Counted from the first letter of the stretch, positions 20,341 to 30,199 are shown. The stretch: 64,000 nt of DNA from Candidatus Dormibacteria bacterium (GCA_050010655.1 JBEKKP010000003.1:6498-70497); one strand, 5' to 3'. The notes: a model not told the origin generated them from the letters alone. A program made the numbers and translations.

Positions 20341-21719
20341 CAGCTCATCCTCCCACCGGCCAGGCCGGCCTCAATTGCAAGCACCGGCGCCGAAGCGTTG
20401 TGGGGTGCTCGTTCTGCTGTTGTCGTCGAAAGACCAAGACGTCGGTAGGTCACGTCGATATTCGCCAGATACGGTTCGACGTCGAAACACTGTGCGATCG
20501 TCGCTTCGGACAGAGCACTTGAGATGTCCGCGTCGACCGAGACGAGGTCGCGAAACGAACCCTCGTCGTCACGGGCACGAGCGGTGAGCGCCTGCACTGC
20601 CCGATATGCGCGCTCGCGGGGCCATTCGGCTTCGACAATCAGCGCGGTGAGCACTTGTTGCGAGAACACGATGCCGCCGTGCAACTCGATGTTCGCTGCC
20701 ATGTTCTCTGACTTGACGCGCAGCCCTTCGACGATCCGTGTGGAAAGCCGCACGATGTAATCGCTCAATGCGCAGGCGTCGGGCAGGATCACACGCTCCG
20801 CGGACGAGTGCGAGATGTCGCGCTCATGCCAGAGAGCGACGTCTTCCATTGCAGTCATCGCGTAGCCGCGGAGGACGCGGGCGAGCCCGCAGATGCGCTC
20901 GCAGAGAATCGGATTCCGCTTGTGGGGCATGGACGATGAGCCCTTCTGGCGCTGCCCGAACGGCTCCTCGGCTTCGTCGACTTCGGTGATCTGGAGCAGC
21001 CGGATCGTCGTCGCGAGACGCTCGAGAACGGCGCCGAGCAACGCAAGCGCGGTGAGGAACGACGCATGACGATCACGCGCGATTACCTGCGTTGCGACAG
21101 GAGCGGTCGCCAGTTTGAGGTGCGCGCACACGTGCTCCTCAACCTCCGGCGGAACACTCGCATGCGTGCCGATTGTCCCGGTGATCTTCCCGACAGCGAT
21201 CTCCACAGTCGCCGCCGCGAGCCGTTCGCGTGCGCGACGCACCTCATCGAGGTGATTCGCGAGCTTTATGCCGAGGGTCAGCGGTTCCGCGTGAACGCCG
21301 TGGGTGCGACCCATCATCACCGTGAGCCGGTGGCGCTCCGCCTGCTCGATCAACGCCCCGACCAGGGATTCGACATCGGCATCGATCACCGCTGCAGCGT
21401 CGCGGAGCTGCGTGGACAGGGCCGTGTCGACCACGTCAGACGAGGTCAGGCCGAGGTGGAAATACCGGCCGGCGTCACCGATTGTCTCCTGGATGGCGGA
21501 GACGAATGCCGCGATGTCGTGCCCTTGCTCAGCCTCGAGCTCAGCAATGCGCTCGGCATCGATCGTTGCTCTCTGGAGGACCGAAAGGGCCTCGACCGGA
21601 ATCCGGCCGACCTCCGCCCAACCCTCACACGCGAGCAACTCGACATCCAGCCAGCGTTGCAGCCGCGAGGTGTCACTGAAGATCTTCGCGATCTGCTGCG
21701 GGGCGTACCGGGGGATCAC
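20340..21719 (-). CDS. purB: adenylosuccinate lyase
   Basis: Fumarate-lyase family sequence (GLTSSDVVDTAL, GRTHGVHAEP, SSSMPHKRNP). The start codon is GTG at 21719. Confidence 0.9.
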   Translation of the reverse strand: MIPRYAPQQIAKIFSDTSRLQRWLDVELLACEGWAEVGRIPVEALSVLQRATIDAERIAELEAEQGHDIAAFVSAIQETIGDAGRYFHLGLTSSDVVDTALSTQLRDAAAVIDADVESLVGALIEQAERHRLTVMMGRTHGVHAEPLTLGIKLANHLDEVRRARERLAAATVEIAVGKITGTIGTHASVPPEVEEHVCAHLKLATAPVATQVIARDRHASFLTALALLGAVLERLATTIRLLQITEVDEAEEPFGQRQKGSSSMPHKRNPILCERICGLARVLRGYAMTAMEDVALWHERDISHSSAERVILPDACALSDYIVRLSTRIVEGLRVKSENMAANIELHGGIVFSQQVLTALIVEAEWPRERAYRAVQALTARARDDEGSFRDLVSVDADISSALSEATIAQCFDVEPYLANIDVTYRRLGLSTTTAERAPHNASAPVLAIEAGLAGGRMS

Positions 21720-21738
21720 GTACCCTCATTCTATCGAG

Positions 21739-22617
21739 GTGACCGGTGGATCCTCCCTCCCCCTGGTGATCGCCCACCGCGGCGCTTCACGCGAAGCCCC
21801 GGAAAACACCCCAGCCGCGTTCGAGGCCGCGATCGCCCTCGGCGCTGACGCGGTGGAGCTGGACGTGCGCCGGACGGCGGATGGCGAACTCGTCGTGCAT
21901 CACAACGCGTCGCGACGTGGGATCCCCATCTCGATGCTCACCTACCCGGCGCTGGTCCGGCTGAGCCGGCACGAGCCGCCGCTCTTCGACACCGTCCTCG
22001 ATCTCTGCGCGGACAGGATCGCGCTGGACGTCGAGATCAAGGAGCCCGGCTACGAGGCCGAGATCATCGAGGCAGCGTCGAGACGTTTTCCCGGCGACCG
22101 GCTTCTGTACACGTCCTTCGAGGAGTCGGTGATCACCACGATCAAGCGTCTTACCCCGGATGCGCGGTGCGGGCTGCTGCTCGGGCCGGGCCGCCTGCGC
22201 AGCCGCGCCCAGCGGTATGAGGCGCTGCCGTTCGATCTCGCCGAACGGTGCGGTGCCGATCTGCTCGCCGTCCATCAGTGGTTGGCACCGGTGCGCGGAC
22301 GGAGCCGGCGGATTCCCGGCACCGGCCTGATCGCGGAAGCACAGGCGCGGGGTTTTCCGCTGATGGTCTGGACGGTCGACGGCCCGCAGCGCTTGCGTTC
22401 ATACCTTGCAGACGGGCGAGTGGCGGGGATAATCACTGACCTGCCCGGCCTCGCGGTCGAGACGCGTCGTGAGCTGATCTCGGGAGTACCGCGGGAAGGG
22501 GCGAAGCCACGCCGGGGTCGGGCAATCAGGGAGCGGGACGATTACATGCCAGCCGACGTAACCGGACCAACTCGGCCCACGTTGACTGATCGAGTGCGCC
22601 CGGTGAACCCGAGATGA
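21739..22617 (+). CDS. glycerophosphodiester phosphodiesterase family protein
   Basis: LVIAHRGASREAPENTPAAFEAAIALGADAVELDVRRTADGELVVHHN is the GDPD catalytic motif. The GTG at 21739 is the first plausible start after the purB start. Everything 5' of it in the 437-aa ORF is antisense to purB and is rejected. Confidence 0.6.
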   Translation: MTGGSSLPLVIAHRGASREAPENTPAAFEAAIALGADAVELDVRRTADGELVVHHNASRRGIPISMLTYPALVRLSRHEPPLFDTVLDLCADRIALDVEIKEPGYEAEIIEAASRRFPGDRLLYTSFEESVITTIKRLTPDARCGLLLGPGRLRSRAQRYEALPFDLAERCGADLLAVHQWLAPVRGRSRRIPGTGLIAEAQARGFPLMVWTVDGPQRLRSYLADGRVAGIITDLPGLAVETRRELISGVPREGAKPRRGRAIRERDDYMPADVTGPTRPTLTDRVRPVNPR

Positions 22618-23177
22618 CGCTGCCTCGGGCGTATGAGGACCAGCTTGTCGAGCGTGCCAAACAGGACGCAGACGCCTTTGGGGAACTGTACGACCACTAC
22701 TTCGGGCAGATCTACCGGTTCGTCTTCAGCCGCTTGAGAGATCAGGAGGCCGCGGAGGACGTCACCTCAGAGGTCTTCTTCAAAGCACTCCGCGCAATCG
22801 GGCGATACAAACCGGCGGGCCATCCCTTCAGTGCCTGGCTCTATCAGATCAGCGTCAATGCCATCAATGATCATTACCGCAGCCGCAAACCGACCTCGAG
22901 CCTCGACAGCGCAATCGCTGTCGCTGATCCGGCTCGCCCTGTTGACGACCGAGTCGTTGACAGCGCCGAAGCCGCTCGGGTGTGGGCAGCCATCGACGAT
23001 CTCCCTCCGCAGCAGAGGGCGGCCATGACCTTGAAGCTCGGCGAGGATCTCAAGCTCGCCCAGATCGGCGAGATCCTGGGGAAGAGCGAGGGAGCGGTGA
23101 AGCTGCTCATCCATCGCGGGATGATCGGCGTCCGCCTCCGGCTTGGCGTCGTCGTGGCCGTCGAGGAGCAGTTCTGA
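22614..23177 (+). CDS. ECF RNA polymerase sigma factor
   Basis: Region 2 (YDHYFGQIYRFVFSRLRDQEAAEDVTSEVFFKAL) and region 4 (LGEDLKLAQIGEILGKSEGAVKLLIHRG). Confidence 0.85.
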   Translation: MTLPRAYEDQLVERAKQDADAFGELYDHYFGQIYRFVFSRLRDQEAAEDVTSEVFFKALRAIGRYKPAGHPFSAWLYQISVNAINDHYRSRKPTSSLDSAIAVADPARPVDDRVVDSAEAARVWAAIDDLPPQQRAAMTLKLGEDLKLAQIGEILGKSEGAVKLLIHRGMIGVRLRLGVVVAVEEQF

Positions 23178-25456
23178 TGGCCTGGATGGGCGGATGGTTC
23201 GATCCGGAGCTCGAAGACCTGTTCCACGGCGAACCCGAATTGCTCGAGACGGCGCAGAAAGTCCGCGCGGCGCGTCCACGTGTCGAGCCCGATCCTCGGT
23301 TCCAGAACCGGCTCCGCGCCCAGCTTGTCGCCGAGGCATCGCGTGGCGCCGGCGCACGAGGCGTTCGGCGCTGGTGGCGTCTCGGCCCGGCGCACTTCGC
23401 CTGGGGCGGCGCTTTCGTCGGAGCAGCGCTGATCACGGCAACCGTCCTCACCTTCGTCTCCAACCACCCAGCGGAGACGGTGACCGGGTTCTCGCAGCTG
23501 ACGGCACAGCACGAGGTGAGCCCCAACCAGGTGATCACCGTCGCCTTCAACCAGCCGATGAACGAGCAGGCGGTCGAGGCCGGGGTGCACATCCAGCCGG
23601 CGGTCAAGGTGTCGTACTCCTGGAAGAACAACAGCCTTGTGATCTCGCCCGCGTATCACCTCGCCGCAAACACGCCGTACGTGGTGAGCATCGCCCAAAC
23701 CGCGATCCGCTCCTTGTCGGGAGCTTCGGCAACGGCGCCGATCAACATCGTCTTCGGGACCGCCCCGACGCCGACGCCGGCCCCAGTGGTGCCCCCGTCG
23801 CTCAAGCCCGTCGTCCTCGGTGTCAACGGCGCCGCAGGATCGCTGCTGTTCGCCCCCGACGGCTCGGTGGTCAGCACCGCGGGGGTTTTGCCGGCGTCAG
23901 TGACAACGTCACCGTCACCCTCTCCGACCATTGCCACGGCGACCCCATCGGCGAGCGCGACGCCGACCCCAGAAGGCGTGATCACGCAGTCGCCCGAAGT
24001 CCCCGGTGCCCTGGTCGACTACCCGGCAGGCGGAGCTCCCGTGCAAATCGGAGCGCAGGCGGCGAGTGCCGCGGCGTTCTCGCCGAACAACCGGTATCTG
24101 GCGTTCGCGGTTGATGACGGCAACGGCGGCTCGAAGATCTTCGCCAGCCAGAGCAACGGGCAGCAGGCAAGCAGACTCGCCGACTCCGCGACGCCGGTGA
24201 CGGCACTGACCTGGGCCTCCAACGACACGATCGTGTACACCGACGGGACGGGCATCTTCTCTGTCGATCTTTCCCGCGCGCGCCACAACCTCTACACCCT
24301 CCCGGCCGCCTCGGGATCGATCGCCGGGCTGGTGCCGGGTGGCACGTACGCCTACGTCCTGCCGGCAGCCGGCACGAGCGGGTCGCTGCTCCACTGGAGC
24401 ACCGGAGCCACGCAGACACTCCAGGGTGCAGCCACCGACGTCACGTTCAGCGGCGATGGCCAGACCGTGGCGTGGATCGACGCCTCCTCCTCGCCGAGCC
24501 GTTTGCTCACCGAAGCAATCGGTGGCCAGGCGGCCCCGACGATGCTGACCCTTCCCGATCAGACCGCCACCCCAAGTGACGTGACGCTCGACCAGAATGG
24601 CAAAGAGGCCGCGTATCTGAGCACTAGCACGGCCGGGGTTGCGGAACTCGTCGTTGCGCAGCTGCCGAGTGGCACGCCACTCGCGATCGCGTCCCCCACG
24701 GATGCCTCGCAGCTGACCCTGTCCCCGGGTGGCGATCAGCTTGCATTCGTTTCGAATGGGCCGGCGGGAACGGGCATCGAGGAAGCCCCTGTGCCTGGCG
24801 CCAGTGCCGTGCACACCGGTTTGCAGATCCCTGCGGACGCGAATACGACCCTGCAGCAATTCGTCCAGGCGCAGGTCGGCCAGAACGGACAGCCGGATCT
24901 CAGTACGATCGCTGCCCTCAGCACCGCCGGCGCCGGCGCCGCGTCCAACACGCCGCAGAACCTCAGCCGCGCCTACATCATCAACACGTACCTGCAGCCG
25001 GACGGCAGCGTGGTCGCAAGCATCGAGTTGATCGTCGATCCGAACGCCGCGCACACGAACGCTCGGGTCGCGAGCGAGACGCTCCTTCTCACACAGCAGG
25101 CAGCGGGCGGATACGTCGTATCGTCGGCGAACACAACGCAACTCCGCGACGAATCCGCGGGACCGCATGTGGTGCAGGTCAACTCGACCACGACCGGGAA
25201 CATCACGACGTTGCAGGTCAGCTTTGACAGCGACCTCGATGCATCCACCGTTGCCGGCGCGGTCTCAGTGGTATCGGAGTCCGGCGCGACGGTTCCTTCG
25301 ACGACCGTCTACAACGCCGACACACGCACGGCCACGATCACGATCGCAAACGCACCGTCCGGGCAGCTCAATGTCGACATCGCCACCTCGCTCGCCGACT
25401 TCGATGGCGTGGCGCTCGCGCAGGCCTTCACGGCTCAGGTCGAAGCCGGCTCCTGA
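23177..25456 (+). CDS. anti-sigma factor: membrane-spanning with a large extracytoplasmic domain (Ig-like Big_5-type plus TolB-like beta-propeller repeats)
   Basis: Start overlaps the sigma stop (TGATG). Short cytoplasmic N-terminus, one TM helix (FAWGGAFVGAALITATVLTFV), Ala/Thr/Pro-rich linkers, and Ig-like segments at both ends. The middle holds PD40-like repeats (NNRYLAFAVDDGNGGSKIFA...). Confidence 0.7.
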   Translation: MAWMGGWFDPELEDLFHGEPELLETAQKVRAARPRVEPDPRFQNRLRAQLVAEASRGAGARGVRRWWRLGPAHFAWGGAFVGAALITATVLTFVSNHPAETVTGFSQLTAQHEVSPNQVITVAFNQPMNEQAVEAGVHIQPAVKVSYSWKNNSLVISPAYHLAANTPYVVSIAQTAIRSLSGASATAPINIVFGTAPTPTPAPVVPPSLKPVVLGVNGAAGSLLFAPDGSVVSTAGVLPASVTTSPSPSPTIATATPSASATPTPEGVITQSPEVPGALVDYPAGGAPVQIGAQAASAAAFSPNNRYLAFAVDDGNGGSKIFASQSNGQQASRLADSATPVTALTWASNDTIVYTDGTGIFSVDLSRARHNLYTLPAASGSIAGLVPGGTYAYVLPAAGTSGSLLHWSTGATQTLQGAATDVTFSGDGQTVAWIDASSSPSRLLTEAIGGQAAPTMLTLPDQTATPSDVTLDQNGKEAAYLSTSTAGVAELVVAQLPSGTPLAIASPTDASQLTLSPGGDQLAFVSNGPAGTGIEEAPVPGASAVHTGLQIPADANTTLQQFVQAQVGQNGQPDLSTIAALSTAGAGAASNTPQNLSRAYIINTYLQPDGSVVASIELIVDPNAAHTNARVASETLLLTQQAAGGYVVSSANTTQLRDESAGPHVVQVNSTTTGNITTLQVSFDSDLDASTVAGAVSVVSESGATVPSTTVYNADTRTATITIANAPSGQLNVDIATSLADFDGVALAQAFTAQVEAGS

Positions 25457-26210
25457 GTCGCGGCTCCGGAGTGCAGCCATACAGCGTGGCATGCACGGGA
25501 ATCCGCATGGTTCCATCCGCTGCCGTGCACGGGGCCAGAGCGCGCTGACACGCGGCTTGCACCGCACGTAACGCATCGTCATTCTGGTGCGCGAGCTCGA
25601 GGGCGACCGGCCGTTCGGTGACCATCGCCGCCCAGTACGTCGCGATGCCGTCGAATCGCACGACGTCATGCACCGGCACGGACTCCCAGCCGTTCTCGTG
25701 CTCGGAATCAGGACGAGCGAGACAGCGTGTCATGAACGGTGAGGTCATGCCGAGAACGTGATGCAACGCATCCACGAGCGCCAACTCGTGCAGCGGCCCG
25801 GTGGTATCCCAGGTGAGCACCGCGGCACGCCCCGTGTGACGCGTCGCGCGTCGCGCTACCTCGAACAACGATGCCCCTTCCCAAAATCCAAGCGTGCACA
25901 GCGTCGCGACCCGGTCGAACGACGCGTCGGGCAACGGGGACACGGCATCGCTCACAAGCCCCGTCGTTGCACCCGACCCCGAAAACGACGCATCGGCTAC
26001 GGCGCGACGGACCAAGTCCGTGTCGGTATCGACGAGCACGACCTGTCCCCGAGCGCCGACTGCCCTGCCAAGTGCCACACCGAGTGTCCCGCCGTCACAC
26101 ATGAGATCGCACACGGTCTCGTCCGGCAGCACACCAAGCGTGCTGACAACCTGCTCGGCCAGCGGTCGAAGCACCGCGCTCGCATACAGCCGCCCGAAAC
26201 GCGGCTCCAC
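25428..26210 (-). CDS. putative class I SAM-dependent methyltransferase (weak)
   Basis: Motif-I-like VCDLMCDGGTLGVALG...VVLVDTD. Start lies 5 nt after the upstream biotin carboxylase gene. Confidence 0.4.
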   Translation of the reverse strand: MEPRFGRLYASAVLRPLAEQVVSTLGVLPDETVCDLMCDGGTLGVALGRAVGARGQVVLVDTDTDLVRRAVADASFSGSGATTGLVSDAVSPLPDASFDRVATLCTLGFWEGASLFEVARRATRHTGRAAVLTWDTTGPLHELALVDALHHVLGMTSPFMTRCLARPDSEHENGWESVPVHDVVRFDGIATYWAAMVTERPVALELAHQNDDALRAVQAACQRALAPCTAADGTMRIPVHATLYGCTPEPRLRSRLRPEP

Positions 26211-26214
26211 GCCG

Positions 26215-27672
26215 CTACCCGGAGACGGCGATTGCGGCGGCGATTGCCGCGGCTCGCGCCGGATCGCGCACGATTCGCCGCAACGGTTCCTGACGTTTCG
26301 CCCATTCGTCAGCGGTCGCGACGAGTTCCGGATGTTGCTCGATGAACGCGGTGCTGTAGTTCCCGGCGCGAAAGTCCGGGTCGTCGATCACCGCGAGGTG
26401 GTACGCGATGTTGGTGTGGATGCCCGTGATCACGTACTCGAGCAGCGCGCGGCGCATGCGGTCGAGCGCCATATCGCGTGTCGGCGCGTAGGTGATCAGC
26501 TTGGCGATCATCGGGTCGTAGTTCGGCGAGACGAGCCCGGGATTCACGAGCGAGCTGTCCACGCGCACGCCGGGACCGGCCGGTTCGTGATATCCGGTGA
26601 CCTGGCCCGGCGATGGGAGGAAGCCGCGCGCGTAATTCTCCGCATTCACCCGGCATTCGACGGCGTGCCCTCGCGGGACGACATCCGCCTGGGTCAGCGT
26701 GAGGCGCTCGCCGGCTGCGATGCGCAACTGCTCGGCAACGAGGTCGATGCCGTACACGAGTTCCGTGATCGGGTGCTCGACCTGCAGGCGCGTGTTCATC
26801 TCGAGGAAATAGAACTCGCCGTCGCGATAGATGAACTCCACGGTTCCGGCATTGACGTATCCGACTGCTCGCGCTGCGGTCACCGCTGCCTCGCCCATCC
26901 GCGCGCGCGTCTTCGCGTCGATGACCGGGGACGGCGCTTCCTCGATGATTTTCTGATGGCGACGCTGAATCGAGCATTCGCGCTCGCCGAGGTGGATGAC
27001 GTTGCCATGCGTATCCGCGAGCACCTGTATCTCGATGTGGCGCGGCTCCTCGAGGTAGCGTTCGAGAAAGATGGTGTCGTTGCCGAACGCTCGCTGCGCC
27101 GTGCTCTTGGCGGTGTCGAACGAGCCGCGCAACTCCTCCTCGTCGCGGGCGACACGCATACCGATGCCACCACCACCGGCGCTCGCCTTGATCAGGACGG
27201 GGTAGCCGATAGCTGCGGCTGCGGTCACGGTTTCCTCGATGCCGCCGAGCGCATCTGTTCCCGGAACAACCGGGACTCCCGAGTTGCGCATGCGCTCGCG
27301 TGCGGGGACTTTCTCGCCCATCGCCGCCATGGCGTCCGGCGGTGGTCCGACGAAGACGATGCCGCTATCCGCGCACGCCCGCGCGAGCTGCTGGTTCTCA
27401 CTGAGAAACCCGTACCCGGGATGGATCGCCTGGGCGCCGGTGGATTTCGCGGCGTCGATGATGCGGTCGATCACCAGGTACGACTGCGCCGCGGGCGCCG
27501 GCCCGATCTCGACAGCCTCGTCGGCAAGCAGGACGAACGCGGCAGTGCGGTCGACGTCGCTGTGCACGGCGACCGTCTTGACGCCGAGGTCGCGGCACCC
27601 GCGAATGATTCGGAGCGCTATCTCGCCGCGATTGGCGACGAGGACTTTGTCGAACATGACCTGTTGTCGCAC
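26215..27672 (-). CDS. biotin carboxylase subunit (PycA/AccC-like) of a two-subunit biotin-dependent carboxylase
   Basis: MFDKVLVANRGEIALRIIR..., the ATP-grasp motif GYPVLIKASAGGGGIGMR and the EMNTRLQVEHP motif. No BCCP domain. Confidence 0.85.
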   Translation of the reverse strand: MRQQVMFDKVLVANRGEIALRIIRGCRDLGVKTVAVHSDVDRTAAFVLLADEAVEIGPAPAAQSYLVIDRIIDAAKSTGAQAIHPGYGFLSENQQLARACADSGIVFVGPPPDAMAAMGEKVPARERMRNSGVPVVPGTDALGGIEETVTAAAAIGYPVLIKASAGGGGIGMRVARDEEELRGSFDTAKSTAQRAFGNDTIFLERYLEEPRHIEIQVLADTHGNVIHLGERECSIQRRHQKIIEEAPSPVIDAKTRARMGEAAVTAARAVGYVNAGTVEFIYRDGEFYFLEMNTRLQVEHPITELVYGIDLVAEQLRIAAGERLTLTQADVVPRGHAVECRVNAENYARGFLPSPGQVTGYHEPAGPGVRVDSSLVNPGLVSPNYDPMIAKLITYAPTRDMALDRMRRALLEYVITGIHTNIAYHLAVIDDPDFRAGNYSTAFIEQHPELVATADEWAKRQEPLRRIVRDPARAAAIAAAIAVSG

Positions 27673-27677
27673 GGCGC

Positions 27678-29471
27678 TCAGGCGCCGATCTGGATGAGCG
27701 GTGCTCGAGGGCTGACCACAACGCCCTCCTTGACATACACCTCGGTGACCGTTCCCGCGCGCGTGGCGGTGATGTCGTTCTGCATCTTCATCGCCTCGAG
27801 CACGCAGACAACCTCGCCGAGCGCGACGTGGTCGCCGACTTTCACATTGACCTTGAGCAGCAATCCCTGCATCGGCGAGACAACGGTCCCTTCACGCACG
27901 GTGGGCGCAGCGGGGGCTGCCGGCGCAGCGACGGCCGCGACGCCCGAGTCGACGCCACCGATGACGCGCACCGCGTAACTCTGTCCGTCGACTTCGACTG
28001 TGAGCTCGCGCACCGGCAGTGCAGGTGCGGCTTCTCCCTGCGCATCGGCTGCGGGGATATCGGACTCCGCGAACGGCTCGGAGGACGCAATCGCTGGTGC
28101 TGCTTCCGGCTCGTCGCCGAGTCGCTCCGCCACGGCGTCACCGCGAACGAGATTGAGATACGCATTGGGGAACAGCGCGTAGGTGACCATCGCGGCCGCA
28201 TCCGGTGTGGGATATCCCTCGCGGATGAGCTCGCGCCGAGTCGTCGCCATCGCCGGTTCGAGGAGATCGGCCGGGCGGCACGTGATCGGTTCCTCGCGAC
28301 CGTTGACGAGGCGCCGTACCTCGCGGTCGACCGGTTCCGGGGGATCGCCGTAGAGGCCGAGACAGTAGTCCTTGATCTCCTGGCTGATGGTCGCGTAGCG
28401 ATCACCCTCCACCACGTTGTAGACCGCCTGCGTGGCCATGATCTCCGTCAGCGGCGTGATCAGCGGCGGGTAACCGAGCTCCGCGCGTACCTGGACGACA
28501 TCGGCCTCCACCTCGGCAAGCCGGTCGAGGGCGTTGCGCTCACGCAGCTCCGCCATTGCGTGCCCCATCGCCGACGGCGGCAGGAGTCCGCGCAACGCCG
28601 ACGTGTCGAGGCGCGCGGCGAGCGGGTCGATGACATCCGTGTAGTGCACGAGTTCCTGCTCGAGCACGAGCGCGGCCGCAGCCACGCGCTCGAGGTCGAG
28701 ACCGGGGTCCACATCCGTCCCCGCGAACCCCGCGATCAAGGCCTCGGCGCCCGGCATTGACGCCCCGCCCGCGAGTGGCGAGAGCGCGCAATCGGCCCGA
28801 TATGCGCCGGCACCAGCAGCTGCGTGGCACGCGAGCGCGGCCATGCCGGTCTGTGCGGAGATCGAGACCGCGACCGGAACCCCTGCCGCTTCGCGGATGA
28901 CCTGGACCGCCCGAGCTGCGGCGGCGGCGCCCAGGACGCCGAGCGGATCGTGGAGGCAGATCGTGGGATACCCCGCGTCGACAAGCCTTCGGGCAACATC
29001 GCCGAGCCCGTCGAGACCGCGGCCGGGAACCTCGTTGTAGACGATGACCCCTTCAGCCTGCTTCCCGGTCGCCTCGATCGCTGTGGCGCAGCGCTCGAGG
29101 TTGCGAACGTCGTTCAGCGGGTCGTAGCAACGAAAGATGTCCACCCCCGCCGCAGCCGATGTCTCGATGAAAGCGTCAACGAGGTCGTCGGGCACCTGCC
29201 GGTGGCCGACGAGCGATTGCCCGCCGATGACCGCGAGGAACGGCGTGATCGGAGCCGCCGCCCGAATGGCCCGGAGCCGTTCGAAAGGATCCTCGGCAAG
29301 GAATCGCAGCGACGCCTCGAAAGTCGACCCGCCGAAGACGTCGAGCGCGGCAAAACCGCAGTGGTCGAGGGTCTCGGCGACCGGCAGAGCGTGGCGGAGG
29401 CGCAGCCTGCTGACCATGAGCGACTGCTGCCCATGGCGGAGAGACGTCTCCACCAATTCCAATCGGGGCAC
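27678..29471 (-). CDS. carboxyltransferase (HMGL-like TIM barrel) plus C-terminal biotinyl domain subunit (PycB / oxaloacetate decarboxylase alpha-like)
   Basis: N-terminal pyruvate-carboxyltransferase-type domain (LRHGQQSL...). The C-terminus has the biotin attachment motif VLEAMKMQNDI. Confidence 0.8.
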   Translation of the reverse strand: MPRLELVETSLRHGQQSLMVSRLRLRHALPVAETLDHCGFAALDVFGGSTFEASLRFLAEDPFERLRAIRAAAPITPFLAVIGGQSLVGHRQVPDDLVDAFIETSAAAGVDIFRCYDPLNDVRNLERCATAIEATGKQAEGVIVYNEVPGRGLDGLGDVARRLVDAGYPTICLHDPLGVLGAAAAARAVQVIREAAGVPVAVSISAQTGMAALACHAAAGAGAYRADCALSPLAGGASMPGAEALIAGFAGTDVDPGLDLERVAAAALVLEQELVHYTDVIDPLAARLDTSALRGLLPPSAMGHAMAELRERNALDRLAEVEADVVQVRAELGYPPLITPLTEIMATQAVYNVVEGDRYATISQEIKDYCLGLYGDPPEPVDREVRRLVNGREEPITCRPADLLEPAMATTRRELIREGYPTPDAAAMVTYALFPNAYLNLVRGDAVAERLGDEPEAAPAIASSEPFAESDIPAADAQGEAAPALPVRELTVEVDGQSYAVRVIGGVDSGVAAVAAPAAPAAPTVREGTVVSPMQGLLLKVNVKVGDHVALGEVVCVLEAMKMQNDITATRAGTVTEVYVKEGVVVSPRAPLIQIGA

Positions 29472-29570
29472 AGCGGGCCATTCTAGTCAGCGGGGAAGTG
29501 GCGCGGCTTGTGGCGCTCAACGCGACCTGTCGGACTCGTCAAAATCAGGCATTCGAGTTGAGGAGGCCGG

Positions 29571-30185
29571 ATGCGCAGCGATATTCGTGAAGGTGGGTCG
29601 TTTCCGGACTACGAGCTCGCCGATCAGGCGGGCACGCGTCGAACCCTTTCGGAGCTCCAAGGCGGAAACGCGATGGTGCTCCACCTCTCCCGCGGAGGGT
29701 TCGACCCGAAAGAGCACCAGTTTCTCGGCCAGTTCGTCGAGGCCTATCCGCAGTTTCGCAACGCCTACACGCGGCTCGTGGTCATCTCGACCGACAACCA
29801 GTTGAACATCAACGAGTTCCGGGACGCGCTCGGTGCCACCTGGCCGTTCCTGTCGGACCCGGATCGCACGATTCAGAAGGATCTCGACATCAAGGAGTTC
29901 ACCGACGAGCCCCACGATCCGATGATCCCGCACACGTTCGTCCTCGAACCCGGGCTCAAGATCTTCAAGGTCTACAACGGGTACTGGTACTGGGGCCGCC
30001 CGACGATCACGGAGCTCCACATTGATCTGCGCGCGCTCTTCCAGAAGATTCGACCGGACTTCGACCTCGCGGCACCCGGGTTGAAAGCGGCATGGGACCG
30101 AGGCGATCGCGATGAGTTCCTCGTCGACACGCTCGAGGCGCCCATCCGATACACCGAAGGCAAGAGCATCGGCATCAAGCGCTGA
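29571..30185 (+). CDS. redoxin/AhpC-TSA-fold protein lacking all cysteines
   Basis: Thioredoxin-fold layout, but the canonical WCxxC position reads LSRGGFDPKEH. The whole protein has zero Cys. Confidence 0.55.
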   Translation: MRSDIREGGSFPDYELADQAGTRRTLSELQGGNAMVLHLSRGGFDPKEHQFLGQFVEAYPQFRNAYTRLVVISTDNQLNINEFRDALGATWPFLSDPDRTIQKDLDIKEFTDEPHDPMIPHTFVLEPGLKIFKVYNGYWYWGRPTITELHIDLRALFQKIRPDFDLAAPGLKAAWDRGDRDEFLVDTLEAPIRYTEGKSIGIKR

Positions 30186-30199
30186 CCGCCTGACGTTTC

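Noticed and set aside
21304-21738. 5' 145 codons of the 437-aa plus-strand ORF
   Set aside because: This part is entirely antisense to purB and has no homology. The GDPD homology begins only at about 21760, so the GTG at 21739 was taken as the start.
22982-23176. Upstream 65 codons of the 824-aa ORF overlapping the ECF sigma gene in another frame
   Set aside because: The anti-sigma N-terminus MAWMGGWFDPELEDLF begins exactly at the sigma stop (TGATG). The upstream part is a frame-overlap artefact.
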